A stretch of 62,316 nt of DNA, counting the filler, from an uncultured Gemmatimonadota bacterium (GTDB lineage: Bacteria; GCA-2686955), in the NCBI GenBank assembly GCA_964490075.1. It is 3 parts of 3 records of this genome, joined end to end, with 100 filler letters (N's around TTAATTAATTAA, not from the genome) between each part and the next. Parts side by side here need not be neighbours in the genome. Positions count along the whole stretch, not along the records: positions 1 to 22,327 come from CAZBBK010000080.1; positions 22,428 to 43,899 come from CAZBBK010000081.1; 1 more part is not named here. One strand, given 5' to 3'. Below, one piece after another: positions 20,350 to 29,421 of this stretch. Position 1 is the stretch's first letter; every line of letters starts with the position of its first letter. The translations under genes were made by a program, and so were the position numbers. The notes under the pieces were generated by a model. That model did not search any database and was not told where the DNA came from. It was given only the letters and a program-made list of their open reading frames with translations.

Positions 20350-21942
20350 CTACTCTTCGCATTGAGCCGCTGGATTCAGCTCCTCGTATTGCAGGCACTT
20401 GGTGGCGCCGGTGTAGTCCCAGACATTGAACTCACCGCCAAAGGCGCCAGCGTCGCTGATGTCCGGGCGGTCAAATCCAGGCGGAATCGAGCCACCAAAG
20501 AAGTCAAGCCCACCCCTCCCCGCGTCGATCGCCCGCGAACGCTCCCCAAGCGCGTACCCGCAAAGCGCCTCTTCATCACTCTGCAGCATATAGCTGTACT
20601 GCTGAAAGGGATTGGCCCCACCCTGGTACCAGGGATTCGATCCGTTGTAGGGCGGATTGATGTCATCGTCGTTCACATCGGTCGGGTCTTCCAGCGTCGC
20701 TGGATCGTAGTCGACGGTGATCGGTCCCACTCGGTTCTGCCAAAACACCGTATGATCCGAATCGATCTCACTCGGATCGTAGGCCCCGGGAGGCTTCACC
20801 GCCAATCCCACGGTGTAGGCGCTCTGAAAAATGCCCGGCAGATCCTTGGTCCGCGAGATGATGTTGCTGTGGAGCTCCGCCTTGTTGCCGTCGGTGACCC
20901 AGATCCCGACGCCCTCGCAGCGATCGATCGTGTTGTTGTGGATCACGACATCGGTCGGCACCGACAGACCGCCGTTGCCGCATTCGTCTGGCTCTTCGTC
21001 GCAGTAGCCGGAAATCGTCGGGGCAACGACACCGACGGTGATCCCGGAGGCATCGTCTAGGTGCTCGTACCAGCTCCGCACTACGATGTTGTTGTTCACG
21101 GTGCCTTCCGATCCGTGGGTGAAGTGGATGCCGAGCTGCTCATTGCAGTAGGCGACATTGTGCTGGACTCGAGTGGTGATGTGGTCCGGGTTCTCGTTCG
21201 CCAGCCAGCTCTTCACGTTCGGACCGAGCTGCGCGTAGCCGAGATGCCAGCCTTCGGCGGTGCTGGTCATGCGGTTGTTCTCGATTCGCCCGGTGAAGTG
21301 AAAGCAGGAGACCGCGTCGGCGAGGTAGATCTCTATCGGCAGGCCATTATCAGGAAAGAGAGTCACGATCTCGTTGTCGCGAAAGTAGCCCCACTTGATC
21401 GACTGATTGACCAGGCATTGCCCCCACAGTGGATGACACGATGGTATTCGAGTCGGTCGCACGCCGATCCAGACCGCGCCGCCTTTCAGCCGCGAGCTCT
21501 CGAAGTAGCAGCGCTCGACAAATAGGCCGGTGTTCGCATCGTGATTCACGTCATCCACCGCGCTCCACACCGAGAAGGCCGAGGTGTAGTCGTCGGTTGC
21601 CACCAGCGCGATGTTCTCGAACCAGAGCCGCATGTCCTCGCAGGATGGCTGACCCGCGCCGATCACGTTGTGCACCTCGAATACGGCGTTGTTCTGGTCG
21701 ACCGGCACGCCGCTGCCGATCGCATAGGTAATCGTCGGCCGTTGTGCGGAGGCTTGCCCCCGAATCGTCAGGTAGAACTGATCGGCGGTCTTCGGATAGA
21801 GGTGCACCCGCTCGGTGTAGGTGCCGGGCTCGATCTCGATCACGTCGTTGTGCTGGGCGGCGTCGATCGCCTCTTGCACGGTGGGGTAGCAGGTCGGGCA
21901 GTCGCCGACCACCAGCGTGGTGGCCTGGGCGCCGGTGCTCAC
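20350..21942 (-). CDS. Right-handed parallel beta-helix protein (pectin-lyase-like fold); 5' end uncertain
   Basis: YPTVQEAIDAA..DVIEIEPGTYTE, repeated NN(I/T)I motifs, and a C-terminal SRAIDAG..SDAGAFGG. No canonical start exists for a signal peptide (see findings). Confidence 0.8.
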   Translation of the reverse strand: MSTGAQATTLVVGDCPTCYPTVQEAIDAAQHNDVIEIEPGTYTERVHLYPKTADQFYLTIRGQASAQRPTITYAIGSGVPVDQNNAVFEVHNVIGAGQPSCEDMRLWFENIALVATDDYTSAFSVWSAVDDVNHDANTGLFVERCYFESSRLKGGAVWIGVRPTRIPSCHPLWGQCLVNQSIKWGYFRDNEIVTLFPDNGLPIEIYLADAVSCFHFTGRIENNRMTSTAEGWHLGYAQLGPNVKSWLANENPDHITTRVQHNVAYCNEQLGIHFTHGSEGTVNNNIVVRSWYEHLDDASGITVGVVAPTISGYCDEEPDECGNGGLSVPTDVVIHNNTIDRCEGVGIWVTDGNKAELHSNIISRTKDLPGIFQSAYTVGLAVKPPGAYDPSEIDSDHTVFWQNRVGPITVDYDPATLEDPTDVNDDDINPPYNGSNPWYQGGANPFQQYSYMLQSDEEALCGYALGERSRAIDAGRGGLDFFGGSIPPGFDRPDISDAGAFGGEFNVWDYTGATKCLQYEELNPAAQCEE

Positions 21943-21950
21943 GACATTAA

Positions 21951-21966
21951 GAGAGAGAGAGAGAGA
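21951..21966. repeat. (GA)8/(TC)8 dinucleotide simple sequence repeat
   Basis: gagagagagagagaga, read directly, just upstream of the GTG of the beta-helix ORF. Confidence 0.95.
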
Positions 21967-22109
21967 ACAGGATCGTTGACGGCTGTCGAATATGCGTGGC
22001 AGCTCCCTTCTCGACAGGGGTTGGCCGCGCTCTTCGCGCGGCGGCGCTGGAACGATCTACCCCTCTTGTAGCCCCGGCGGGAGAGGGTGTCAAGTGGGGC
22101 CGGATCAGA

Positions 22110-22253
22110 CTGGCGTTTCGATATAGCGCCTCTCGAGCGACGCACTTCGCGAAGAAGCGCGGGCCCAGCGGGAGTTCGCGGGCCTTCGGGGCTCCATGCG
22201 CGGCTCGGGGGGGCGGTCTCGACTGGACCTCTTCGCGTGCCCCTGCCCCTGCC
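22110..22253 (-). repeat. Dispersed ~143-bp structured intergenic repeat, copy 2 (inverted relative to 700-842)
   Basis: Its reverse complement closely matches 700-842. Confidence 0.9.
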
Positions 22254-22327
22254 CATGCCCGATTCGGGCAAAGGAGTCGGGCAGGGACTCCTCACCATCA
22301 GGCAACGAAAAACTCCGGGGCTGTGAC

Positions 22328-22427
22328 NNNNNNNNNNNNNNNNNNNNNNNNNNNNNNNNNNNNNNNNNNNNTTAATTAATTAANNNNNNNNNNNNNNNNN
22401 NNNNNNNNNNNNNNNNNNNNNNNNNNN
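22328..22427. other. Artificial contig linker (Ns plus TTAATTAATTAA, stops in all frames)
   Basis: N runs flank ttaattaattaa at 22372-22383. Confidence 0.98.
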
Positions 22428-22460
22428 TGGCGAGAGCCGCGGCGGCGGCGGGATTGGCTT

Positions 22461-22641
22461 AGGGCTCGCACAAGAGTAGTTTGCTGTTTGGCATCCCATC
22501 TGCACCACATCTCTGGTCGATCGGCGAGCCCCGAAATCCTCGAAGTAGCTCTGCTACTCCTCCGGTCTCGGAACTCGCCGATCGGCCAGATCTGCGGCAC
22601 ATCTGGGCGCCAAAATAGCAAACTACTCTTGCGCGAGCCCT
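22461..22641. mobile_element. MITE-like element with ~31-bp imperfect terminal inverted repeats
   Basis: agggctcgcacaagagtagtttgctgtttgg (22461-22491) versus ccaaaatagcaaactactcttgcgcgagccct (22610-22641). A related end, aactactcttgcgcgaaccc, occurs at about 44049-44068. Confidence 0.65.
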
Positions 22642-22694
22642 TGTAGGACGCGGACGCTTCCCGAGCGGATCCAACAGAGAAGGAGGGTCGCAGG

Positions 22695-23708
22695 ATGACA
22701 AGCCCATCGAGACGCAAGCGCGAGATCGCGCGGCTGGTCCGCTTCGAGCCTCCCGGCGAGATCCCCGAGGTGGAGATCGTGGCGCGCACCGAGGAGGAGG
22801 CCTTCGTCCGGCTCGAGCTGCGCTACCGCCATCCCGACGGCGACCAGGGAGCCGCCTTTCTGCTGGTTCCGGAGGGCCCGGGACCTCATCCGGGCGTACT
22901 GGCGCTGCATCAGCACAACAGCCAGTGGGAGCTGGGGAAGAGCGAGGTCTGCGGCCTGGCCGGCGATCGGCTCCAGGCCTTCGCGCCGGCTCTGGCGCGC
23001 CGGGGGATCTGCGTGCTGGCTCCGGATGCTCTCGGCTTCGAGTCGCGCCTCGGAAGCGCGGGCGAAGGGGCGGAGCCGCTCCCGCCCCAGCGCCGTCCCG
23101 GGAGCAGCGCTCGGGGCTGGCTGCAGCATTACAACCAGATGTGCTATCGACTCGTGAGGGGGGATCTGCTGATTCGCAAGGTGCTGAGCGACGCCTCGCT
23201 CGCCCTCTCCATCCTCGTGAAGCGCGACGAGGTCGACCGGTCCAGGGTCGGCGCCCTGGGCCACTCCTACGGCGGGAACACCCTGCTCTTCCTGGCGGCG
23301 CTCGACGAGCGAATCGCGTTCTCGTGCGTCAGCGGAGCGGTCTGCAGCTATCGATACAAGATGCGCGCGGGAACCGCGCTCGAGATGTCGCTGGTGATTC
23401 CCGACTGCGCGCCGCGGCTCGACGTCGACGACCTGGTCCGCTGCGTGGCGCCGCGGAGGATGTTCCTGGTGTCGGCCGACCGCGATCCGATGTCGGGGGA
23501 TGCCGAGGAGATTTTCGCCGCGGCCCGCGCGACCTTCGCGCAAGAGGGCTGCGCCGCGCACCTGGAGCATCTCCGCTGCGACGGCGGGCACGCGCTGGAT
23601 CGAGCTCGATTCGAGAAGATCGTCGACTGGATGGGTCGGGCGGCGGGACGCGGGGGGGGCACTGGCGAAGCCGGCATCCGCCGCGGCTCCCCCGAGCCGC
23701 CGCTCTGA
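22695..23708 (+). CDS. Alpha/beta hydrolase (dienelactone hydrolase-like)
   Basis: PGVLALHQH, LAPDALGFESR, nucleophile motif GHSYGG, and C-terminal GGH. Confidence 0.88.
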   Translation: MTSPSRRKREIARLVRFEPPGEIPEVEIVARTEEEAFVRLELRYRHPDGDQGAAFLLVPEGPGPHPGVLALHQHNSQWELGKSEVCGLAGDRLQAFAPALARRGICVLAPDALGFESRLGSAGEGAEPLPPQRRPGSSARGWLQHYNQMCYRLVRGDLLIRKVLSDASLALSILVKRDEVDRSRVGALGHSYGGNTLLFLAALDERIAFSCVSGAVCSYRYKMRAGTALEMSLVIPDCAPRLDVDDLVRCVAPRRMFLVSADRDPMSGDAEEIFAAARATFAQEGCAAHLEHLRCDGGHALDRARFEKIVDWMGRAAGRGGGTGEAGIRRGSPEPPL

Positions 23709-23874
23709 GACACCGCGGGCGTCACTCCTCCGGACGACCGGCGCCACCATTTCGCGCTCGCCGCCACGCTCGACGGGACGACCCCCGCGCCGCTGGCGTC
23801 GGCACCATCGGTCACCCCCCCCTCCCCACACCCACTCCGCCGAGGTGGTGCCCGCCGGAGCCCGGGCGGGCGCA

Positions 23875-24264
23875 TCAGTAGAGCAGCGACAGACTGACGT
23901 AGGCCTGCAGCGAGAAGCCGAACGCGAAGAGCAGGAATCCGAGCGCGCCGGCGCTGCCCTTTTCGAGCCGCGAGACGATCGACGAGACGATCCTGGGGCC
24001 GAAATCGTGGATCAGCCCGACGCTCAGGATCAGGATCAGCGCCTCGGTGAGGCGGATGGCGGCGCCCAGGCGGACAATGACCAGCAGCGCGACGACCACG
24101 GCGGCGTAGGCCAGAAACGACACCACCCGGTGGCGGCGCAGCGCCTCGGCCAGGCGCGTGAGCTGGTCGCGCCCGATCGCTTCGGCGGAGAGCAGGAAGG
24201 CTCCGGCGAGCTCCAGGTAGAGCCCGGCGAAGGTCAGGACGTAGAGCAGGTTGCGTTCGGGCAT
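23875..24264 (-). CDS. Small integral membrane protein
   Basis: 129 aa with about four hydrophobic segments and GC3-rich codons. Confidence 0.7.
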   Translation of the reverse strand: MPERNLLYVLTFAGLYLELAGAFLLSAEAIGRDQLTRLAEALRRHRVVSFLAYAAVVVALLVIVRLGAAIRLTEALILILSVGLIHDFGPRIVSSIVSRLEKGSAGALGFLLFAFGFSLQAYVSLSLLY

Positions 24265-24358
24265 CGGTGCGGGCTCCAGAGGATGGCAACGGTATCGCAG
24301 CCGCGCGCGTTATGCTCTACCGATCCGACCCACAATGACCTCTGACCAGGGCTCCCCC

Positions 24359-26161
24359 ATGACCATCATCGAGAAGATCATCGCCGCCCACTGCGGGCGC
24401 GACGTGGCGCCCGGCGATACCGTCGACATGGCGGTCGACGTGCGCGCGGCGCGCGATTTCGGCGGCGCCAACGTGGTGAAGAACCTGCGCCGCTCCGACC
24501 TGCCGGTGGCCGATCCCGACAAGACCCTCTTCACTTTCGACTGCAATCCCGGCGGCAGCGACCAGGGCTATGCCGCCAACCAGCAGCTCTGCCGCGGCTT
24601 CGCGCGCGAGACCGGGGTCGGGCTGCGCGACATCACCGCCGGCATCGGCACCCACGTGGCGATCGACGAGGGGCTGGTGGGACCGGGCTCGACCTTCGTC
24701 AGCACCGACTCCCACGCCAACATCATGGGGGCGGTGTGCGCCTTCGGGCAGGGGATGGGGGACCAGGACATCGCCTACGCCTGGGCCAGCGGCAAGGTCT
24801 GGTTCAAGGTGCCGACCTCGGTGCGGGTGGTGCTGCGCGGACGGCCCGGGCCGCACGCGACGGCCAAGGATGTGGTGCTGGCGATGCTGCGGCACCTGGG
24901 GGCCGGCGGGCTGCTGGGGCACGCCGCCGAGATCTATGGCCCGGCCGCCGACGCGCTCGACCTGGCCGGGCGCATCACGGTGGCCAGCATGGCGACCGAG
25001 ATGGGCGGGATCATCGCCCTCTTCCCGCCCAGCGCGGCGATTCTCGAGGAGTGCTCGGTGCGCGCCGGGCGGCGCTTCGACGCGCTCGCGGCCGACCCCG
25101 GGGCGGAGTACGCGGGCGAGATCGAGATCGACCTCGAGGGGCTGGAGCCGATGATCGCCCGCCCCGGCCACCCGGAGGACACGCTGCCGGTGGCCGAGGT
25201 GGCGGGGCGCAAGATCGACTCGGTCTTCATCGGGTCGTGCACCAACGGGCGGATCGAGGATCTGCGGGCGGCGGCGGGGCTGCTGCGCGGGCGGCGGGTG
25301 GCGCCCGGGGTGGTGCTGAAGGTGGTGCCGGCGACCCGCGGGGTCTGGGAGCAGGCGCTCGACGAGGGTCTGGTGGCCGACCTGATGGCGGCCGGGGCGC
25401 TGGTCGGCAACGCCGGCTGCGGCGGCTGCGCGGCGGGGCAGATCGGGCAGAACGGTCCCGGCGAGGTGACGATCTCCACCGGCAACCGCAACTACGCCGG
25501 CAAGCAGGGCAAGGGCGAGGTCTACCTGGCGAGCCCCGCGACCGCCGCCGCGTCGGCGCTGGCGGGGGTGATCTCGGCGGCCCACCAGATGCCGGCCGAG
25601 CCGGTCTCTTTCCCTGCTCCCGAGCCGGGCGCGGCGCGGCGCGGCGCGGCCCTCGAGGCCGGCGCGGCGGGGGGGGCGCTGCGGCCGACCGAGCTGCGCG
25701 GCCGGGTCTGGATGATCGACCAAGCCCACATCGACACCGACATGATCTTCCACAACCGCTACCTGGCGATCACCGACCCGGCCGAGATGGGGCAGTACGC
25801 TTTCGACAACCTGGCGGGCTGGGAGAGCTTCGCCGCCGACGCCCGGCCCGGCGACATCGTGGTGACGGCCGAGAACTTCGGCTGCGGCTCGTCGCGCCAG
25901 CAGGCGGTCGACTGCTTCAAGACCCTGGGGGTGCAGCTGATCGTGGCGCGCAGCTTCGGGGCGATCTACGAGCGCAACGCCATCAACGCCGGCCTGCCGG
26001 TGATGGTCGCCGACCTGATCGGCGCCGGGCTGGAGAGCGGCACCGAGGTCCGTCTCGACCTGGCGTCGGGGCGGATCGAGTGGGAGGGGGGCGAGCTGCA
26101 AGGGGAGCCCTTCTCCGACGTGCAGATGGAGATCTACCAGCGGGGGGGACTGCTCGCGTAG
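24359..26161 (+). CDS. Aconitase-family dehydratase, fused LeuC/HacA-like large and LeuD/HacB-like small subunits
   Basis: MTIIEKII, TDSHAN, GSCTNGRIEDL, GCGGC, TGNRNY; the C-terminal swivel domain has IDTDMIF, NFGCGSSRQQA and IYERNAINAGL. Confidence 0.9.
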   Translation: MTIIEKIIAAHCGRDVAPGDTVDMAVDVRAARDFGGANVVKNLRRSDLPVADPDKTLFTFDCNPGGSDQGYAANQQLCRGFARETGVGLRDITAGIGTHVAIDEGLVGPGSTFVSTDSHANIMGAVCAFGQGMGDQDIAYAWASGKVWFKVPTSVRVVLRGRPGPHATAKDVVLAMLRHLGAGGLLGHAAEIYGPAADALDLAGRITVASMATEMGGIIALFPPSAAILEECSVRAGRRFDALAADPGAEYAGEIEIDLEGLEPMIARPGHPEDTLPVAEVAGRKIDSVFIGSCTNGRIEDLRAAAGLLRGRRVAPGVVLKVVPATRGVWEQALDEGLVADLMAAGALVGNAGCGGCAAGQIGQNGPGEVTISTGNRNYAGKQGKGEVYLASPATAAASALAGVISAAHQMPAEPVSFPAPEPGAARRGAALEAGAAGGALRPTELRGRVWMIDQAHIDTDMIFHNRYLAITDPAEMGQYAFDNLAGWESFAADARPGDIVVTAENFGCGSSRQQAVDCFKTLGVQLIVARSFGAIYERNAINAGLPVMVADLIGAGLESGTEVRLDLASGRIEWEGGELQGEPFSDVQMEIYQRGGLLA

Positions 26162-26187
26162 CCAGGAGCTAGCGGCGTCCGGCTGCC

Positions 26188-27234
26188 ATGGACATGAAGA
26201 TCGAGTTCTCCGATCAGGGACCCTTCGACCCCGACGAGCGTGAGGTCGTTCACGGGGTGGTGGCGGCGGTGCGCGCCGCCGCGGGCGGCGGGGCCGGGGG
26301 CGAGGCGGAGCGGCGGCTCGCCGAGGTGCGGCGCGCCGTCCAGCGCCTCGACCGCTTCGGCATCGTGCTCAGCGACTACCCCTCGCTTTTCGGCACCCAG
26401 GCGCGCAGCGGCAAGCTGCGCGATCTCTCGACCCTGGTCGAAACCCTGAGCCGCGCCAATCTGTCGAACTTCGACATGTTCCTGCCGACCCGGGCGCTCT
26501 TGTCGCGCAACCTGGTGATGGGCGAGGTCAACTTCTACCGCATGCTGCGCCACCTTTGCGACGACCTGCTGCCGGCCGAGGAGGCGGCGCGCCACAAGGT
26601 GCGCGTCGATCTCTGTCTCTGCCAGGCGCTCTACACCCGCCTGGCCGAAGAGGTGCTGACACATATCGCCTCGGACCAGGCTGTGGTGCTGGCGGTGCGC
26701 GAGCGGGCGGTGCTGGCGCTGGCCCATATCTGGGAGCAGGTGGCCTATCGGGTGCGCGACTTCTTTCCGGTGCTGCAGGCGACCTGGGAAGCGCGGCGCA
26801 CCTTTCGCGCTCCGCTCGGCACCCTGATGGGCACGCGCGAGATGTTCGCGCTGCTCGAGGCCGGCTGCGACCCGCGCTTCGTCGGCTACCTGGTGCGCCC
26901 CGAGCACACCGCCGACGAGGCCGCCGCTTTTCGGGAGTTCCTTTTCGGCGCCACCACCGAGCAGCTGGCGCTGGTCGAGAGCCACATGACGGTGGCCGGC
27001 AAGAGCTGCGTCACGCGCGACGAGGTGGCGCAGATCGGCGGGCTCTCGAGCGCCGGCGCACTCGGCGGCGATCCGGCGCTGGCGATGTTCGAGTTCTACC
27101 TGGCGCGCCACCTGCAGGCCGCCGCGCGGCGCGTCGCCGGGCTGCGCGGCCCGAAGCGCACCGCCGAGGAGTACGTGATCTTCCACTACCTGCGGCAGAT
27201 CGACGACGCGAAGTTGAGTCTGCCGCCCAAGTAG
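26188..27234 (+). CDS. Hypothetical protein (348 aa, predicted helical)
   Basis: AGGAG SD, GC3-biased codons, and a start 27 bp after the dehydratase gene. No motif recognised. Confidence 0.8.
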   Translation: MDMKIEFSDQGPFDPDEREVVHGVVAAVRAAAGGGAGGEAERRLAEVRRAVQRLDRFGIVLSDYPSLFGTQARSGKLRDLSTLVETLSRANLSNFDMFLPTRALLSRNLVMGEVNFYRMLRHLCDDLLPAEEAARHKVRVDLCLCQALYTRLAEEVLTHIASDQAVVLAVRERAVLALAHIWEQVAYRVRDFFPVLQATWEARRTFRAPLGTLMGTREMFALLEAGCDPRFVGYLVRPEHTADEAAAFREFLFGATTEQLALVESHMTVAGKSCVTRDEVAQIGGLSSAGALGGDPALAMFEFYLARHLQAAARRVAGLRGPKRTAEEYVIFHYLRQIDDAKLSLPPK

Positions 27235-27305
27235 GGAAAGGCGGTTATCCTGCCCGTGGGGGCGCGCTCCGAATCCCGTTCCAGATGATCGAATGGAGGC
27301 AGAGC

Positions 27306-29033
27306 GTGAATCGTTTTGTGCCTGGTGCCGCTGGTGCGTTGCTTTTGATCGGTTTGAATCCGGATCCTTCGCGCGCGATGGATCGACTCCAACCCTGCCC
27401 GGGGTCGACCGAGCGAGGGTCCTTGCGGCGCTTGCCGGCGCGGCCGGCCGCCGCCCTCGGCGCGTTGGAGAGGGGCGTCGACCCCGGCTTGCGCGTTGCT
27501 GAATCGACGAAGTTCTGGAGCTGGCAGCGCGGCAACGTCAAGGTGCGCGCCGTCGCCCTGGGGGATCGCGGGGCCCAGCTCTGCGCCGCCACCCAGGGCT
27601 ACGATGGGCAGAGCTGGGAAGCGATGATCTTCGGCTCGAGCGCCCACGGCCACGAGGGGCCGCGCACCGCGGACCTGCTGCGCGGCACCGACACCATGGG
27701 CGATCCCGGACCCTTCGCCGACGCCGCGCGCCACGCCCCGGTCTACGCGGTCGCCTACCCGGTCGACGTGGGCTGGAACGTCAAGAAATATGTCGCGACC
27801 TACCTGCCCGGGGAGGGCCGGGGACGCGCCTGGGGCGACTACTGCAACCAGTCGTGGGGCACCGCGCACGGCGTGGCGGTCTCCGACGACGGATCGACGG
27901 TCGCGGTGATGACCGACGACGACGCTCTGAAGACCAATCTCTATGTCTACGACGCCCACAGCGGTGCGCGGCGTTTCCACTGGAGCGCAACCGGTGCCAA
28001 CGATATCTGGGCCTACGGCGTCGACTGCTCCGACGATGCCGCGCGGATCTACGTGAATCTCGGCTTCCGGCCGGCGATCGTCGACGGGTGGAGCGGCGCG
28101 ACGCTCTTCATCGGTCCGCAGGGCAGCGAGGGAGCCTTCGCCGCCCAGTCGATCTCGGGAGACGGCTCGACCTTCGCCACCAGCCGCATGGGGCGGACTC
28201 GGGTGTTCCGGGACAGCGGCGGCGGCTACCAGATGATCTTCGACCACCACCTGCCCTCCGAGGAGTACCAGGCGATCAGCCTCGACCTGGACGACTCCGG
28301 GGAGCGCCTGGTGGTGGCGGCCTTCGACTTCACCACCGATCTCACCTACGGCATATTGACGGCCGACCTCCGCGGCGCGCAGGGCGAAGTGCTCTGGTTC
28401 CGGGAGTGGACCGGGACCGGCGCTCATCAGAACGCCCCCTGGGAGGTCTCGATCACCGGCGACGGGGAGCGCTTCGTGGTCGGCACCTGGGGGGACGAGG
28501 GGATGAGCTGGCCCGAGGTGCGGGTCTTCGACTTCGAGCTGCCCGACCCCTGGCTGGAGATCGACATGCCCGGCTCGGTGCACTCGGTCGACATCGACGA
28601 CGCCGGACAGCTGATCGCGGTCGGCAACCAGACCGGCCACGCCAACGATGCCCCCGACCTGATCGGGATGGCACACTCTTTCCATCTCGGAGGCGCCGAT
28701 CTGCTCGCTTTCGGCACGCCCGCCCTGGGGCAGCCGGTCGATCTCGAGATCCACGGCGAGGCGGGCCGCGCCTACACCGTGGCCGCGAGCTCCGAGGAGG
28801 AGGAGGGCAGCCTGCCCGGCTACGAGGGGGTGTTCTACCTCGACACCGGTCCCGGGGCGATCTTCGAGATCCTCGAGGAGGGCACGATACCGCCGAGCGG
28901 TGTGGCCGAGACGACGATCGGCGTGCCGGGCAATGCCGGGCTCGAGGGGCGCCGTTTCCACCTGCAGGCGGGAGTCGAGGGCGATTCGCTGGGAGCGCTC
29001 AGCAACGAGCTAGTGGTGAGGATTCTGCCGTAG
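27306..29033 (+). CDS. Secreted WD40-like beta-propeller protein with a C-terminal beta-sandwich domain
   Basis: GGAGG SD then GTG; signal peptide; repeats VAVSDDGSTVAV, SISGDGSTFA, VSITGDGERFVVG, VDIDDAGQLIAVG; C-terminal GTPALGQ...VP...LQA...LSNEL. Confidence 0.8.
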   Translation: MNRFVPGAAGALLLIGLNPDPSRAMDRLQPCPGSTERGSLRRLPARPAAALGALERGVDPGLRVAESTKFWSWQRGNVKVRAVALGDRGAQLCAATQGYDGQSWEAMIFGSSAHGHEGPRTADLLRGTDTMGDPGPFADAARHAPVYAVAYPVDVGWNVKKYVATYLPGEGRGRAWGDYCNQSWGTAHGVAVSDDGSTVAVMTDDDALKTNLYVYDAHSGARRFHWSATGANDIWAYGVDCSDDAARIYVNLGFRPAIVDGWSGATLFIGPQGSEGAFAAQSISGDGSTFATSRMGRTRVFRDSGGGYQMIFDHHLPSEEYQAISLDLDDSGERLVVAAFDFTTDLTYGILTADLRGAQGEVLWFREWTGTGAHQNAPWEVSITGDGERFVVGTWGDEGMSWPEVRVFDFELPDPWLEIDMPGSVHSVDIDDAGQLIAVGNQTGHANDAPDLIGMAHSFHLGGADLLAFGTPALGQPVDLEIHGEAGRAYTVAASSEEEEGSLPGYEGVFYLDTGPGAIFEILEEGTIPPSGVAETTIGVPGNAGLEGRRFHLQAGVEGDSLGALSNELVVRILP

Positions 29034-29057
29034 TCCGACGCGCCGAGCGCACCTGAG

Positions 29058-29209
29058 TTTGACATTTCCCACACCGAGCGGGGTTCAGTTTGACAGTTGG
29101 CGCCGATTTGGCGCCGATTCGGGCCTCCGGGGCGCCGTTTGGGGCCGAATCGGGCTGCGTGGAGCCGGAACTGTCAAACTGAACCCCGCTCGGTGTGGGA
29201 AATGTCAAA
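29058..29209. repeat. REPIN/MITE-like element: perfect 41-bp inverted repeat with a 70-bp spacer
   Basis: tttgacatttcccacaccgagcggggttcagtttgacagtt (29058-29098) is the exact reverse complement of 29169-29209. Confidence 0.9.
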
Positions 29210-29421
29210 TTCGGGCGGGTTGGGTGTGTTTTCGGGGTGGGCGTGTGGACCGCGAAGCCCACGCCCCCGCCCACGCCGCCGGTTAGGCTTCTTTGGACCG
29301 CCGGAAGTGCCCGAGCAGAGCCGGGGTTCGCACGAGCACCTCCCGCCTGGATCCTCTCGGTAAACCGGCGCCCGCGGCCGGGCGTCCATTGGGAGTGACC
29401 GACCCTCGACGAAAGGCAACC

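Noticed and set aside
22328-22427. TTAATTAATTAA palindrome as a biological site (also 43944-43955)
   Set aside because: It is an artificial contig-joining spacer within Ns, so adjacency across it is meaningless.
29281-29288. GTTAGGC integron attC core site
   Set aside because: An isolated match with no matching inverse core at a suitable distance, no cassette array and no integrase.
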